Of a stretch of DNA of 64,000 nucleotides, positions 1 to 11,850 are shown piece by piece (position 1 is the stretch's first letter; every line of letters starts with the position of its first letter). Both the position numbers and the translations under genes were made by a program. Under the pieces are notes generated by a model. That model saw nothing but the letters and a program-made list of their open reading frames with translations. It had not been told where the DNA came from and searched no databases. Source of the stretch: Adineta vaga. Taxonomy: Eukaryota; Animalia; Rotifera. The DNA lies in assembly GCA_021613535.1 (NCBI GenBank), contig CP075495.1:15190001-15254000 (forward strand), read 5' to 3'.

Positions 1-187
1 ATATATGTGAACAAGCAACATCTATCGAGCCAATTTTGTGTTCTGCCATTTTCAGTTTTTTTTTGTCATTTGACTCATTGATGACTGATATCATTGCACA
101 ACAGAAAAAAAAAGTTGCACACGTGGCGTATCAGTGTTCTTGAAATGTATATAAATTCTTTTATCTATCGTCAGTTCTGTATTCAAA

Positions 188-1439
188 ATGTCGGTAACTG
201 ATGAGAAAGATTTACATTCCACTACTGCATTTCCAGATTCTGATGGTTTTACAAAATCTTTTTCTATAGAACAAACGACGGAATTTGTAGATTTCTTTCA
301 AAAATATGGATTTGTCGTTATACGTGATATTATTGATTCAAAATTACAAATTGAAGATACAATTAATGAAATTTGGGATTTACTTCGAGTATTAAATCCC
401 AAAATCAATAAAAATGATAGTTCAACATGGGAAAATACATACTGGCCAATTCAAATGGGTCTTAAAGATGGTGGTTTTATATCACATATGTCTGATGTTG
501 CAACAAAAATGTGTTGGCAAAATCGACAACATCCAAATATTGTTAAATTATTTCAAATTCTTCTTCAACGAGATGATATTTGGGTTAAATTTGATCGCTA
601 TGGAATGATGAGACCAACAAAAGGTATTACCTTCAAAAATCCTGACGACGGATCAAACACAATCGAAGATCGATCTGAATGGCGTTCAAAACCGAATTGG
701 TAGGACCATTGTATTCTTTTTTTTTTTTATTCAAAATAATTTCTTTGTTTACTTCAGGTTGCATTGGGATCAAGTAAGTACAGATAATTGATACTTTTAG
801 AATATTCATCAATATCTATTTTGAAAGAATCCTTGGAAATATCCAGATTTTATGGGTATACAAGGTCTCTTAGCATTGAGTGATACAAATCCAAATACAG
901 GCGGTAAATATTCTTTCAAATCCACGTTCTTTTCGGCTTATTATTTTCTATGTTGTAAATAGGATTTCATTGTGTTCCTGGATTTACTCATCGTTTCAAA
1001 CAATGGTCAATTGATAATGAAAAAATGCATCGATCTCGCGGTGGACTTGTTAATGTTCCAACAGATGATCCTATACGAAGTGAAGTTAAACAAATTCATG
1101 TTCGAAAAGGTTCTTTTATTGCTTGGGATTCACGATTACCTCATGGTAAACAATGAGAATTCTTTTCTTTTAAAATAAAAATGAGTTTATTTAGGAAATT
1201 TTCCCAATGAAAATAATCAATTTCGTATTGTTCAATATATTGCATTTGAATCAGCAAAAGAAGATGATGAACGTGAATTAATAAGTCGAATCGATGCACT
1301 TCATATGCGTCAACTTAGTTCAAAAGCTGCTGAACAACTTGAAGGATTTCCTGAACCACAATTAACAGAATTAGGTGAAAAGATTATTGGAATTCGAAAT
1401 TGGAAAACCAATGAAAAAGTGAAAAGTTCTTTTGAATAA
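188..1439 (+). CDS. Phytanoyl-CoA dioxygenase (PhyH)-family Fe(II)/2OG dioxygenase, 5 exons
   Basis: FFQKYGFVVIRD near the N-terminus. Spliced reading gives WLHWDQNPW (HxD), QGLLALSDT..GGFHCVPG and WDSRLPHGNFPN..RIVQY (distal His, Arg). Introns are GT-AG; stop TAA at 1437-1439. Confidence 0.85.
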
Positions 1440-1462
1440 GGAAAAAAAGAGTTTTATTTTAA

Positions 1463-3214
1463 TTATTTGTAATTTATAATGACAAGTATCAATATAACAA
1501 TAATAATAAGAATAAAAACGATATAAAACCATGGTTTCATAGTTGATGATGAATGAAGAATTTTTGATTCTTCTTCATTTATTTTTTTAATTTGTTCGAG
1601 ATTTATACCAGTTGCAAATAATCTCAATGCTTGATGATGAGCACGAATTGTTATTTCTTTTGCTTCTAGTAATTCACCATCACATGCCCAATTACCAAGT
1701 TCTTTTTCTTGATTAATAATTGGATGAAGACATACTTCCGTTGCTCGAAATCGTTCGACAGTGGACAATCGTTCGATTGCTCCGCTATTATTTGCTATAT
1801 GATGAAGAAAACGAAGAAATTGTAAACGCCATGAATGTTTCACAAGAATAACATCAAATGAACCATCAGCTGAAAAGAGAAATATTATATTTCTGGGGAA
1901 GACATCAAAGTAAGTTTATATACCTAAATGAACAGTTGGAGACATGCCAAATTTACTTTTGTCACAACGACAAGGCATATTAAGACAAATAATTGTTTCA
2001 TAATGACCTTGACGTTTAATTTGATCAGATTTGTTCGATGCTTGAGTTAATGTTAAATCTATATTATAAGATGAATTTCGTAGAAATTGAACAATACCAG
2101 CTAAAGTATAACGTAGTGGTCCAAAAAATCGCCATTTGTCCGATTGTTCAATAATATTACCAAAAAATCCATACGTAAACATTGTAGCCATAAAACGTAC
2201 AAAACCACGTTCATTATGTATCTAAACAAAGCTAAGTTTTTCATCTATAAATGATTTTAGAACAGTCTTCTTACTGTAGTTATATCAGTAAGAAGAGATT
2301 CACCAACAATAATTTGTAGAGTATTTGTCATTACATCATTATGTCCGGTTGTTCCAAAAGCCACTGCATCAGTAGATCCAGCTGGAATAACACCAATTCT
2401 TAAATCAGGTGGAATTAAACGAGTATTGGAATCATTTAAATCAAGTCCTGTTTGTTCTGCTTTTCGAAGTAATAAACTATGACATATTTCTGAAAACATA
2501 CCATCTCCACCGATGGATATAAGACCATCATATTCATCGAGTGAATTTTCTTTGATATAATCTCGTGCATGATTAGCACGTTCTGTATAAATTGTAGTTA
2601 CAGTTATATTCATTTCTTCAAATAATGGTGAAACTTGTTCTTCATACACTGAATTTCCAATACCTAGAGAAGAAAAAAAATACATTCATTGTATCGATTG
2701 AAAAGAGAATATAGTTTAGTTTACCTTTTCCACATTCAGGATTAATAAAAACTAATAAATTTCGAGGACGATTTTTTAGTTTGGATAAGCATTGATTTGA
2801 TAATAAACATAATTGTTGAGCAAATTTAGAATCTAATTCGATTTCTAATCGTTTTATTGTCCAAAGAAACGTTTCAGATACATCAATATAACTGAATTGA
2901 AGTTGTATTAATTGGGAAGACTTTGTTTCAAATCGTTGTGTGGCTGATGATGAAATTGATTCATCAGATGATTTCTTAATTTGTTTAATATTTAATAATT
3001 TATTAAGATCAACTATTTTTGGTATTTCATCATCAAGTTTTTTGTTCGTTAATGATCTAAACTGAAATTGAATCGATTCTAACTTATCGATTAACAATAG
3101 TATTTCATCGATAGTTGTCGCAGATATACTGTTGGAATCATTCTCAATACAAACACCAAGGTCATACGGTTCTGTTTTAATGTAACATGTTGTGGAAGCT
3201 AAAGTAGATGACAT
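1463..3214 (-). CDS. CERK: Ceramide kinase-like (DAGKc family) with C-terminal hydrophobic tail
   Basis: Motifs LLVFINPECGKG, GLISIGGDGMFSE, IGVIPAGSTDAVAF, GFFG..SDKWRFFGPLRY, NMPCRC, DGSFDVILV and WACDGELL across short introns; ATG at 3212-3214. Confidence 0.85.
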
Positions 3215-3593
3215 CACAGGATAGAAAAAATATCTGAAACGAGAATAACATTACACGGCTTAACACTACACATAGATAAATCCACGTGGCATAGGCTTAC
3301 GACTATTTTCATTTACTCGTCAAATGTTAAAGAGTTCTTTTTCAAGATAATGAAATGTATAGAAGATAAAAACATCGAGTATAAAATAATATGTCTTGTT
3401 CCATCTATCTATTCATTCTCTTCTTTTCTCTCGTTTTATTTTCCTATTACGGAATTTTTTTCTTCTCGTTCTCTATACAACACGTCTGATTATTTTCGCT
3501 TTGTTTTTCCTCTTATTGTATTAGATTCAATGCTTTTATTTGTGAAGAAAAAAAATAAAAATAAACAAGTGAAATGTTCTCTTTTTTAGAAAT

Positions 3594-6033
3594 CTAATGT
3601 TTGAGAAATCGAACACCAAGAAAAGCAATTGTACGATAAAAAACAATAAAAGATAATAACACAGCAATACAACCACCAATATTAATATAATCATATCCAC
3701 GTTCTTGAATTAATTCTTCGCCACGATGTATACAAGTTTCTGTTATATTATACGTTGCATTAAAAACAAAACTTTTTAATCCTTGACAACTCAGTTTTAA
3801 TCCTTGTAATTCACTTAAAGTTACACCAACAAATGTATATTTAACATACGATAAAGCATCAACCCAAGAAAGATATTTTGGTAAACGTGATGGTGCGATA
3901 TAAATTCCTCCAAATAAACGTGTAACTTCAAGTGCCATTGCTAAAATAGTGACGCTCAATGATGTTGTTCGACATAGAGCAGATATCATTAATGCCATTG
4001 ATGTTGAAGTTATTGAACAAAGAATATTAAATAGCATAAAAAGAAAAAATTTGCCAGCTATAGGTTGAAAACCAACAATAAAATAAACAATACAAGACTA
4101 AATAACAAAATAGAAATACAATTAATGGTTTCTTGTCTCTCAAATTTGATATAATCTACTTACAAATATCATTGGTACAGGCAATTGAAATAGAAGATCT
4201 GAAAAGAGTCTAGCAATATAATAAGCACTTGCAAAATATGTACCACTCGCTCGTTCACGTAATATTAATGTACGTTCAAATGGATATGAATTGATAACTT
4301 TTAGAGCAGCAAATACACCTTGATTAAGAACAGCAAAGAATAGAACTGGCTCACGACGAACAATACTTGTTTGTGTTGTACCAATGTTAAAGAAAACAAA
4401 TGCAATTACAGTACCCATGATAATTCCGTGAACTATTGAAAATAATAATATAACTAATTTACGGGTTTGTTCTCGTATATTTCGACGGAAAAGAATATGA
4501 ACTTGTTTAAACCATGATGGATTTTGTGGTAAATTAGTCATTTGATCAGTATGTCTATCAGTGCCCATCTTAAGATCAACTATCAATGGTGGTTGTGCCT
4601 CGAGAAGTGCTTCCATAGTAGAATTTTTTCTTTCCAGTGATTTCGAAGGTACATCATTGTTTAATTGAGCATTCTTTGGTGGTGTTATAACATCTAATAT
4701 ATGATCAGCTGGATTTGTATATAATGGACAAGCAAAACCAGCGTTACGAAATATTTCCTAAATTAAAAGAAGAAGAAAATTAGAAGAAGAGAGTCGAAAT
4801 AGGAATTTTTCTTACCGTTGATTGTTTTCTTGAACCTTGATAAGCAATATGTCCATCTTTAAGTAAAATAATAGAATCAAATAAATTAAATATTTTTGTT
4901 TGTGGTTGATGAATTGAACAAACAATTGTAATTGCTTTTTCTTGAATTTTACCATGAGCAAGTCCATGAAGAATATATAATAAATCAAGAGCTGTCACAG
5001 AATCTAAACCAGTTGTTGGTTCATCAAGAAAAAGTAATTGTGGACGATTAAGTAATTGCATTCCAACACATAAACGTTTACGTTCACTACCTGATATTCC
5101 ATGTTTTGATTGAATACCAATAAGACTATGTCGAACATGTACAAGATTTAAATCAGTCAAAGCTTCTTCAACACGTTCTTCACGTTGTTTTTGTGTAAAT
5201 ATACGTGGTAAACGTAATTCCGCTGTGAACATTAATGTTTCTTCAACAGTTAAATAACCATTTAATAAATCATCTTGCATTACATAACCAGAAATACGTT
5301 TTAATTCAGCATTTCTATACGGAGCACCATTAAGACGCATTTCACCTTCCACGACAGTATTGACATCTAACCGACAAGCTAATGTATTCAATAGAGTTGA
5401 TTTACCAGAACCCGATGGACCTAATCAAAATGATTTCAAATAATACTTGATTTTCATATGTATATAGAAAACTTACCCATCACTGCCCATAAGCCACCAG
5501 CAATGACTCCACTTACACTATGTAATAAACGTTTACTTTCTGTTTCAGTATTTTTCGATGTTATACAACGATAAAGAGGATTCTCCTTTTTTTCTCGTGT
5601 CGATACAGTCAAATCTTTCCAAACAAGAATCGTAGAACGATGTGATTTTAAATCAATTATTGATGACTGTTGATCCGATAGTTTCGAACGAGTTGAATGA
5701 TAATGACTATATAAAGTTGAGGAAGGAGAAGATATGTATGAAACTTGAGGTATTGTTGTAATCGCACTAACAACAGGAAATGATTCAGATGATGTTGACT
5801 TATCTCGTGATAATTGTTTCATTTCTGCCTTTTGTTTTTGAATCGAACTTGATAGTTTATGACCTTTATTTGATTCATCACTACTCTCAGTATGAAGTGA
5901 ATGAATATCTGCTTCATTGTTCTGTCAAAACAAAACAAAACTATTGATATTGACTTAAAAAATAAGAATTATCTATTTCGATGAATATATTCAGTTTTTT
6001 CACAAGTTTCTTCAGTTCTTTACTCACCTCCAT
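3594..6033 (-). CDS. ABCG half-transporter (NBD-TMD)
   Basis: Walker A GPSGSGKS, GYVMQDD, signature GISGSERKR, Walker B LLFLDEPTTGLDS, CSIHQP, NPADH, ERASGTY and an ABC2 membrane domain. First coding exon is ATG GAG|gtgagt at 6028-6033. Confidence 0.92.
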
Positions 6034-6986
6034 ATTAGTATCGTCTTGAGATAATTTTATTTGGACGCAATTTCAGATCTCTACATATATTGACTAATGA
6101 CGCGTATCAAATCATTCTATTAACCGAAATCCATTAAAGCATGACTATGTGTCCCTCACTATATGTACATGTATATATTTATTAAATGTTCTACAAGTAC
6201 AAAAATGTTTGAGTCATTTATTAACACAAGTATAAGCATGAAGATGAATGAATATATATACACATATGATCGATCATACCCTCAAAATTATCAATACACG
6301 AGACACAAGTCGATGTTTATATCAAAGATAGTAATCATATTTTTATTTCTATACTATTCATGTCAACGTTTCGAATTGAAATTCGTAAGAGAAGAAATGG
6401 TTACAGCATCTGATAAGCGATATTGCATATTGCTGTCGAAAATAATATTTTTGCTGTTCGAAATTTACTTTCGATTCAACGTGTATATAAAGATGTGAAG
6501 ATAGATATAGAAGATTATTGTGAATATGAACATCTACACTGATGAGAAATCTCTCTTTATGAAACTACTAATAGCATCAAACTTGTAAATTGAATGTCAT
6601 TCGTCAATTATTCAACTCACATTCAGTCATTATATCGCTTTTTACCCATCCAAGATATCGGATATATGTTATTGTTTGATTTCCATTAACCTTTTACGGA
6701 CATCCGATGATATAAAAACTAGTGAAGTTGTCTTCACATAAATTCAACGATGTACAGTTTATAAAAAGTATTCTACAGCATCGAAATCATTGCTTTATTT
6801 TTCAGTGAAACTTTCGTTTTTACAATAAAACAAATCGTTATAATTATTGTAATGATTTTATTTAGATTATTAGAAGTCAGTCGCTGTTTTTGAATAAATT
6901 AACTTAATGGAATCGTTTCTAAATAAAATTTGAGATGATCTATAAAAGAAAACAATAATTTTTAATTATTAAATCAATCTAAGAAA

Positions 6987-9900
6987 TTACTGTTGAATTG
7001 CTGAAGAATTATAACGTATTATGGTTGGATTTGTCAATGTAATAATTGCATTTCTATCAGTACTATCATTATCTCGCGCTTTTGAAAACCAAATATGAAA
7101 ATCTAAATGAATTGAAGAGAATTATGATGGAAATATGTTCCATATATTTTAACCTGTTCGAATCGATGTTTGTGGATACATAAGATATCGAAGACAACAA
7201 TTATAAATTCTCATATCAACTGTCATGGATGTTCGTGGTGAAAAAATCACAACTGAAATGAAGAAATAAAACTAACGAAAAGAAATACAACGATAATTAC
7301 ATACAATATCGATTGATTCGTCGTATAATTATAGTTATTTTTGAATGTAATGTTGGTAGAAATTGTAAAAGAGGCATTAATTTATTAAGTACTGCTTTTG
7401 ATAATTGAATATCACCAAGAGCCACCTTTGCACCAATACGCCATCTAAAATGAAAGAAGAATTTAGAGTGTATGGACGGATAGAAATCGTTTTTTACTTT
7501 GTTAACGTTGGATGATTCGAATAATTACATTTGTAAAAACAAATATCAATTAAAGGTGTTCGTTGAAGAATATATAAATGATTTTTATCTATGAGAAAGA
7601 AAAAGTTTATTTCAATTTTGAATTAAATTTTGCATACTTGAATCTGAATAAACAATACGTAGATCACTTAATTCAAATTGATATTTTGCATAGAATTGTC
7701 GTTCTTCAACGTTTTCCTTTAACAAAATAAGATATACAATACACGGAAAAGAATTCTTTCTTTTGTAAATGATCATACTTGGAATAGATTATTATCATCG
7801 ATTTTCTTATCAAAACAAGTTTTCAAAATCAATTCATTAAATTGAACACGAAGAGTTGAAAAATGTCTAAAACAAATACAATAATCATCATCATCATTGA
7901 ATAATAGAGTGAAAAGAAACTACATACTGTTGAGAAATATCATTTTGACGAAAAGACAATGCAGCACCTTTGAAATTGATATTTATATCAAAGACTTTCT
8001 TCGGTGATAAATTCTGTAGTAATTCTACATTAGTCGTTTGTTTTATTCTAAATAAGAAGAGTCATAGATGTTCGTTTTCATATAAATTAATTATACGAAC
8101 TGTTCTTGAGGATACGAAACTAAATTATCTCTCGTTGAAAAACAATCGACAAGCCAATTGACAATTGCCTATGAAATGAAATGAAATGAAATAACGAAAT
8201 AGGATGAATCATAGTTTTTAATTTACATGATTATAGAAAACTTTGAGAGGTTGTATAATTAATTGAAGACGATAATCACATTTTTTATCAACAGGAAATA
8301 ATTCAAATTCAACATGTAGAAATGGAGAAAATGATGAGATTCTTCCCATGATTAATATCGGTCGTTGTTCTCTATTCGACTGCATACCATAAATATGTGT
8401 AGTTTGTAAATCAATGAGACATCTGAATAAATTGAAACAAAAAGAAAATCATTTAAAGAAACATATTTTCCATTATCATACTCGATACTTCTTGAAACAG
8501 ACATTCGTTTAACAGTCATCCAGATATCAGTTACACAAATATATGCAATTCTTTCATCATTTTGTTCAATATTTGTATTCGAAGATATAATATTCAAATC
8601 AGCTTTATTTAAAATAAGTTCAACATCAATTTTCGGTAACTTCAATGAAAAGAAAAACATCATTTCACTGTTAATCTTTTAATAATTACTTACATCTTCA
8701 TAAAAATATCCTTGTTCGTTTTGATTATATGCTGCAGCTGTTGCAGCTATGGTTGTTTTTACTTGATCGATAACTATGGATAAAAATCGATGAGGAAATT
8801 CTTTCAAAGACTTCACTTTTACCTTTCGTTATATGATTAAAGCCATGTTTCATCTTCGACAATGATTTCCATCGATGTTGATGTGTTGAATTATTCATTG
8901 ACGTTTGAACTTCTTTTGTCGGTGGAAAAAGAATATTTATTTCTGTTTCTACTTTATATTTAATATATGCCAAATTAAAAACATCCAATTTAGTTTCAAG
9001 AAACTACAAGAATGAAATCGAATATGATTAACAAAAAAAGAAGATATTACATGAATACGTTGTTTTTGTTCGGATGTTACTGGTTCAAAACCAAGAGATT
9101 CTTGCATTAATAATTGACGATATTCGCGACAACGATCTTTTAAATAGAAGTTAAATATTTTCTTTTGTAAATTGATGATTTATTTACCGAAAAATGTCGT
9201 ATATTTTTGAACTTTTATAAAAGCTAATATATCCGAAATTTGTTCGGAATTAATAAAGACGCTAACTTGTTCAACTTGAATATCACAATAGACTCGAGAT
9301 CGTTCATAATAACTTTCCTTTGGTTTTAATACAACGATACATTCAATAACAAGATTCATTGGACGAAGAACTTACAGAAACAATGAGAATAATTCTATAC
9401 TATAATAAATGAAAAGAAAAACAAACTATAATTCATTTCAACATCATTTGGTATGTGATGATCGGTTGCTATTTTTGATCGAAGATCATCCTAAAAGAAA
9501 TATTTTAAAAGAGAACTTCATTTGTCAAAACAAATTCGTCTTACCAAGACATCTTTAAATGGCATATCAAGTCTTGATTTACATTTGATATTCCAATACA
9601 ATGATAGAAATTTCATTTCTTTGATCTAAAATTACGAAAGATGCGAATCAAATACGAAGAAGATCAAATTGAACAAACTTTGTAAACTAAAAGTGTATTT
9701 CCTTCAATTCGTCTATTCAATCGAGCATCGTTTGCTGTCTAGAATAAAGTATTGTTTTCCGTTGAAAATCTATCTTAACACGAAAGATCGAACCCGTAAT
9801 TCTAAATAATGAAGTGTAATTCCAAATGAAAATGGATGTCCTAATTTTGTTGATGATTTCATTTCATAACTAATATGAACATTTTGTATTGTAATAACAA

Positions 9901-10605
9901 GATTTTGCATAATTTGTAATCTCATTTTTTCTACGAATGGTGTTTCTTTATTATGAATCTTTCCATTGTCTATTATATAATGTTGATAAATAAAGTAAAG
10001 ATCAAAATAAAGATTCTTAACCTGGATTAGATTTTCGTAGATTTTCTAATTTCTGTTGAACTCGTGTCATTTTATCCGAATAATGTTCGTTTAAATCTTG
10101 ACTTAGTTCTAAATCAAAAAGAAAAACTTAAATCGATAAATTGAAATATTCTAATCATCTTACCACTTTTTGGTACAATTAATAAATAAAGTCCATTGAT
10201 ATTAACTTCAGTTGGTTTGCTAGTCAAATGCATCCATGGAATTGTTATTTGAAGTTGTTCTAGATCAATTTAATACTTTCAATCAATTTCATGGTCGAAA
10301 GAAAAATTCTTACCGATATATCCAACGGCAACAGTTGCAGGAATATTAAGATAAGCCTAAATGTTGAACAAATACATTATATATGAAAAACAATAATCAA
10401 TTGAATTTACCAAAGCTTCTGGCTTTAAACGAAGATTATCCAAAAGAACATGACCTATCATACAAATAAAAATACATAAAAGAATAAATAAAGAAATCAA
10501 TGAACCATTTTTAAAACTAAGTTTTAGTTTTTCATAATCTAATCGTTCAATATAATTTTTGAGATATTTATTGATTAAATAATGAATAAAATTTTTCCAA
10601 ACCAT
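6987..10605 (-). CDS. Short VPS13-like protein (Chorein-N plus following repeats only), about 20 small exons
   Basis: MVWKNFIHYLINKYLKNYIERLDYEKLKLSFKNGHVLLDNLRLKPEAL, ITIPW..L.SKP.EV.I.GLYLLIVP, QNLVITIQNVHISYE..HPFSFGITL, FLSLYWN and LETKLDVFNLAY are VPS13 N-terminal hallmarks. The last exon reads ..IIRYNSSAIQQ* (TAA at 6987-6989). Confidence 0.75.
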
Positions 10606-10999
10606 TTGTATGTTTATATGAAGACGATTTACGATGGTCTTACATGTGCCCAAAAGGTAATGATCAAGTGAAAAAAATACATTCAACTGTTTGTCATTCT
10701 TTTCTTTTTCTTCCTTTCTTTCTTCCTTTCTTTCATTCATGATCATTACTCATCAATCATAGAATCAAGCGAAGCGACTACATGTTTCAATCATTTATAT
10801 TTATCATTGATATAGTATACGAAAGAAAGAAAATGATGATATCATTCACTCTACCCACTTGTGACTGTAGAAAATGTGTTCATTCTAATCTATTTTTATT
10901 ATTCTGTTTTGAAAACGTCATCTTTCACTTCTACTATACGTTCTTTTACTATAGACATGTGTTTATGTTTTCTTTCTTTCAAGATATTTCTTTGTTTAA

Positions 11000-11524
11000 A
11001 TGTCCACCGATTGGAAATCAAATCCACCTTATTCAAATTCCAAACAAGATGATAAATTGATACAATATAATGCTTCATGTTATTGCGGTTTAGTTCAATA
11101 TGTTATCTATGATGAATTTCCAGTAGATTCGACATATTGTCATTGTCATGGATGTCAAATATTACAAGGAGCACCATATCAATGGGCGTGTATATTTCCA
11201 AAAACATCTTTATACTTTCAATCAGGTTTAGATTCATTAAAATTTTATAATAATACAGAAAATATACAAGATCATGTTTTACCATGTAAAGTTAGTTGCA
11301 AACAATGTTCAACACCATTGGCTGATGAAGGACGTCGAATGTGGTTGGCATTTCCACAATCATTCCAAGAATTTCGTCAATCGGAAATGATTCGAGAGAA
11401 ATTAAAACCATCGTGTCATATTTTTTACGGACAAAGAACAATTTTAGGAAGTTTTTTAAAAAATGATGGTTTACCAAAATATGAAGGACATAAAAATAAA
11501 TCGAAAGATATTTCAGATGAATAA
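11000..11524 (+). CDS. GFA / CENP-V (Mss4-like) zinc-binding protein, intronless
   Basis: CxCG.V.Y, YCHCxxCQ..GAP, CKVSCKQCSTPL.DEGR, CHIFYGQR and DGLPKY motifs. Confidence 0.88.
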   Translation: MSTDWKSNPPYSNSKQDDKLIQYNASCYCGLVQYVIYDEFPVDSTYCHCHGCQILQGAPYQWACIFPKTSLYFQSGLDSLKFYNNTENIQDHVLPCKVSCKQCSTPLADEGRRMWLAFPQSFQEFRQSEMIREKLKPSCHIFYGQRTILGSFLKNDGLPKYEGHKNKSKDISDE

Positions 11525-11850
11525 TGTACGAAAAATATTCTTAATAATCAATATCGATCGTAGAACATTTTGACAGAAGTTTGCACTTAGTTCGCTTTGA
11601 CAAAATTTGTTTGTGTTTGATCAGACTGGAAAAAAGTATCTTCTGTTTCAATACATAATCATTAGTTCTTTGATTGGTTTCTCTTTTGAATTTGAAATTA
11701 TTTTATGTTTTCATTATAATTCAGTACCCACACCCTCTCTCGACTGATTATGTATCTTACTTTTCGTATAAATTCAATTTTTTTTTATTTTCGAAACAAA
11801 TAAAAGTAATATTTGATCTTATTGCTCTTAAATTCGTTGAGACGATTGAA

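Noticed and set aside
6163-6498. Intergenic ORFs such as 6163-6498, 26108-26479, 33188-33490, 3350-3589 and 19839-20060
   Set aside because: Low-complexity F/I/Y/K-rich translations expected by chance in AT-rich DNA; no motifs or splice support.
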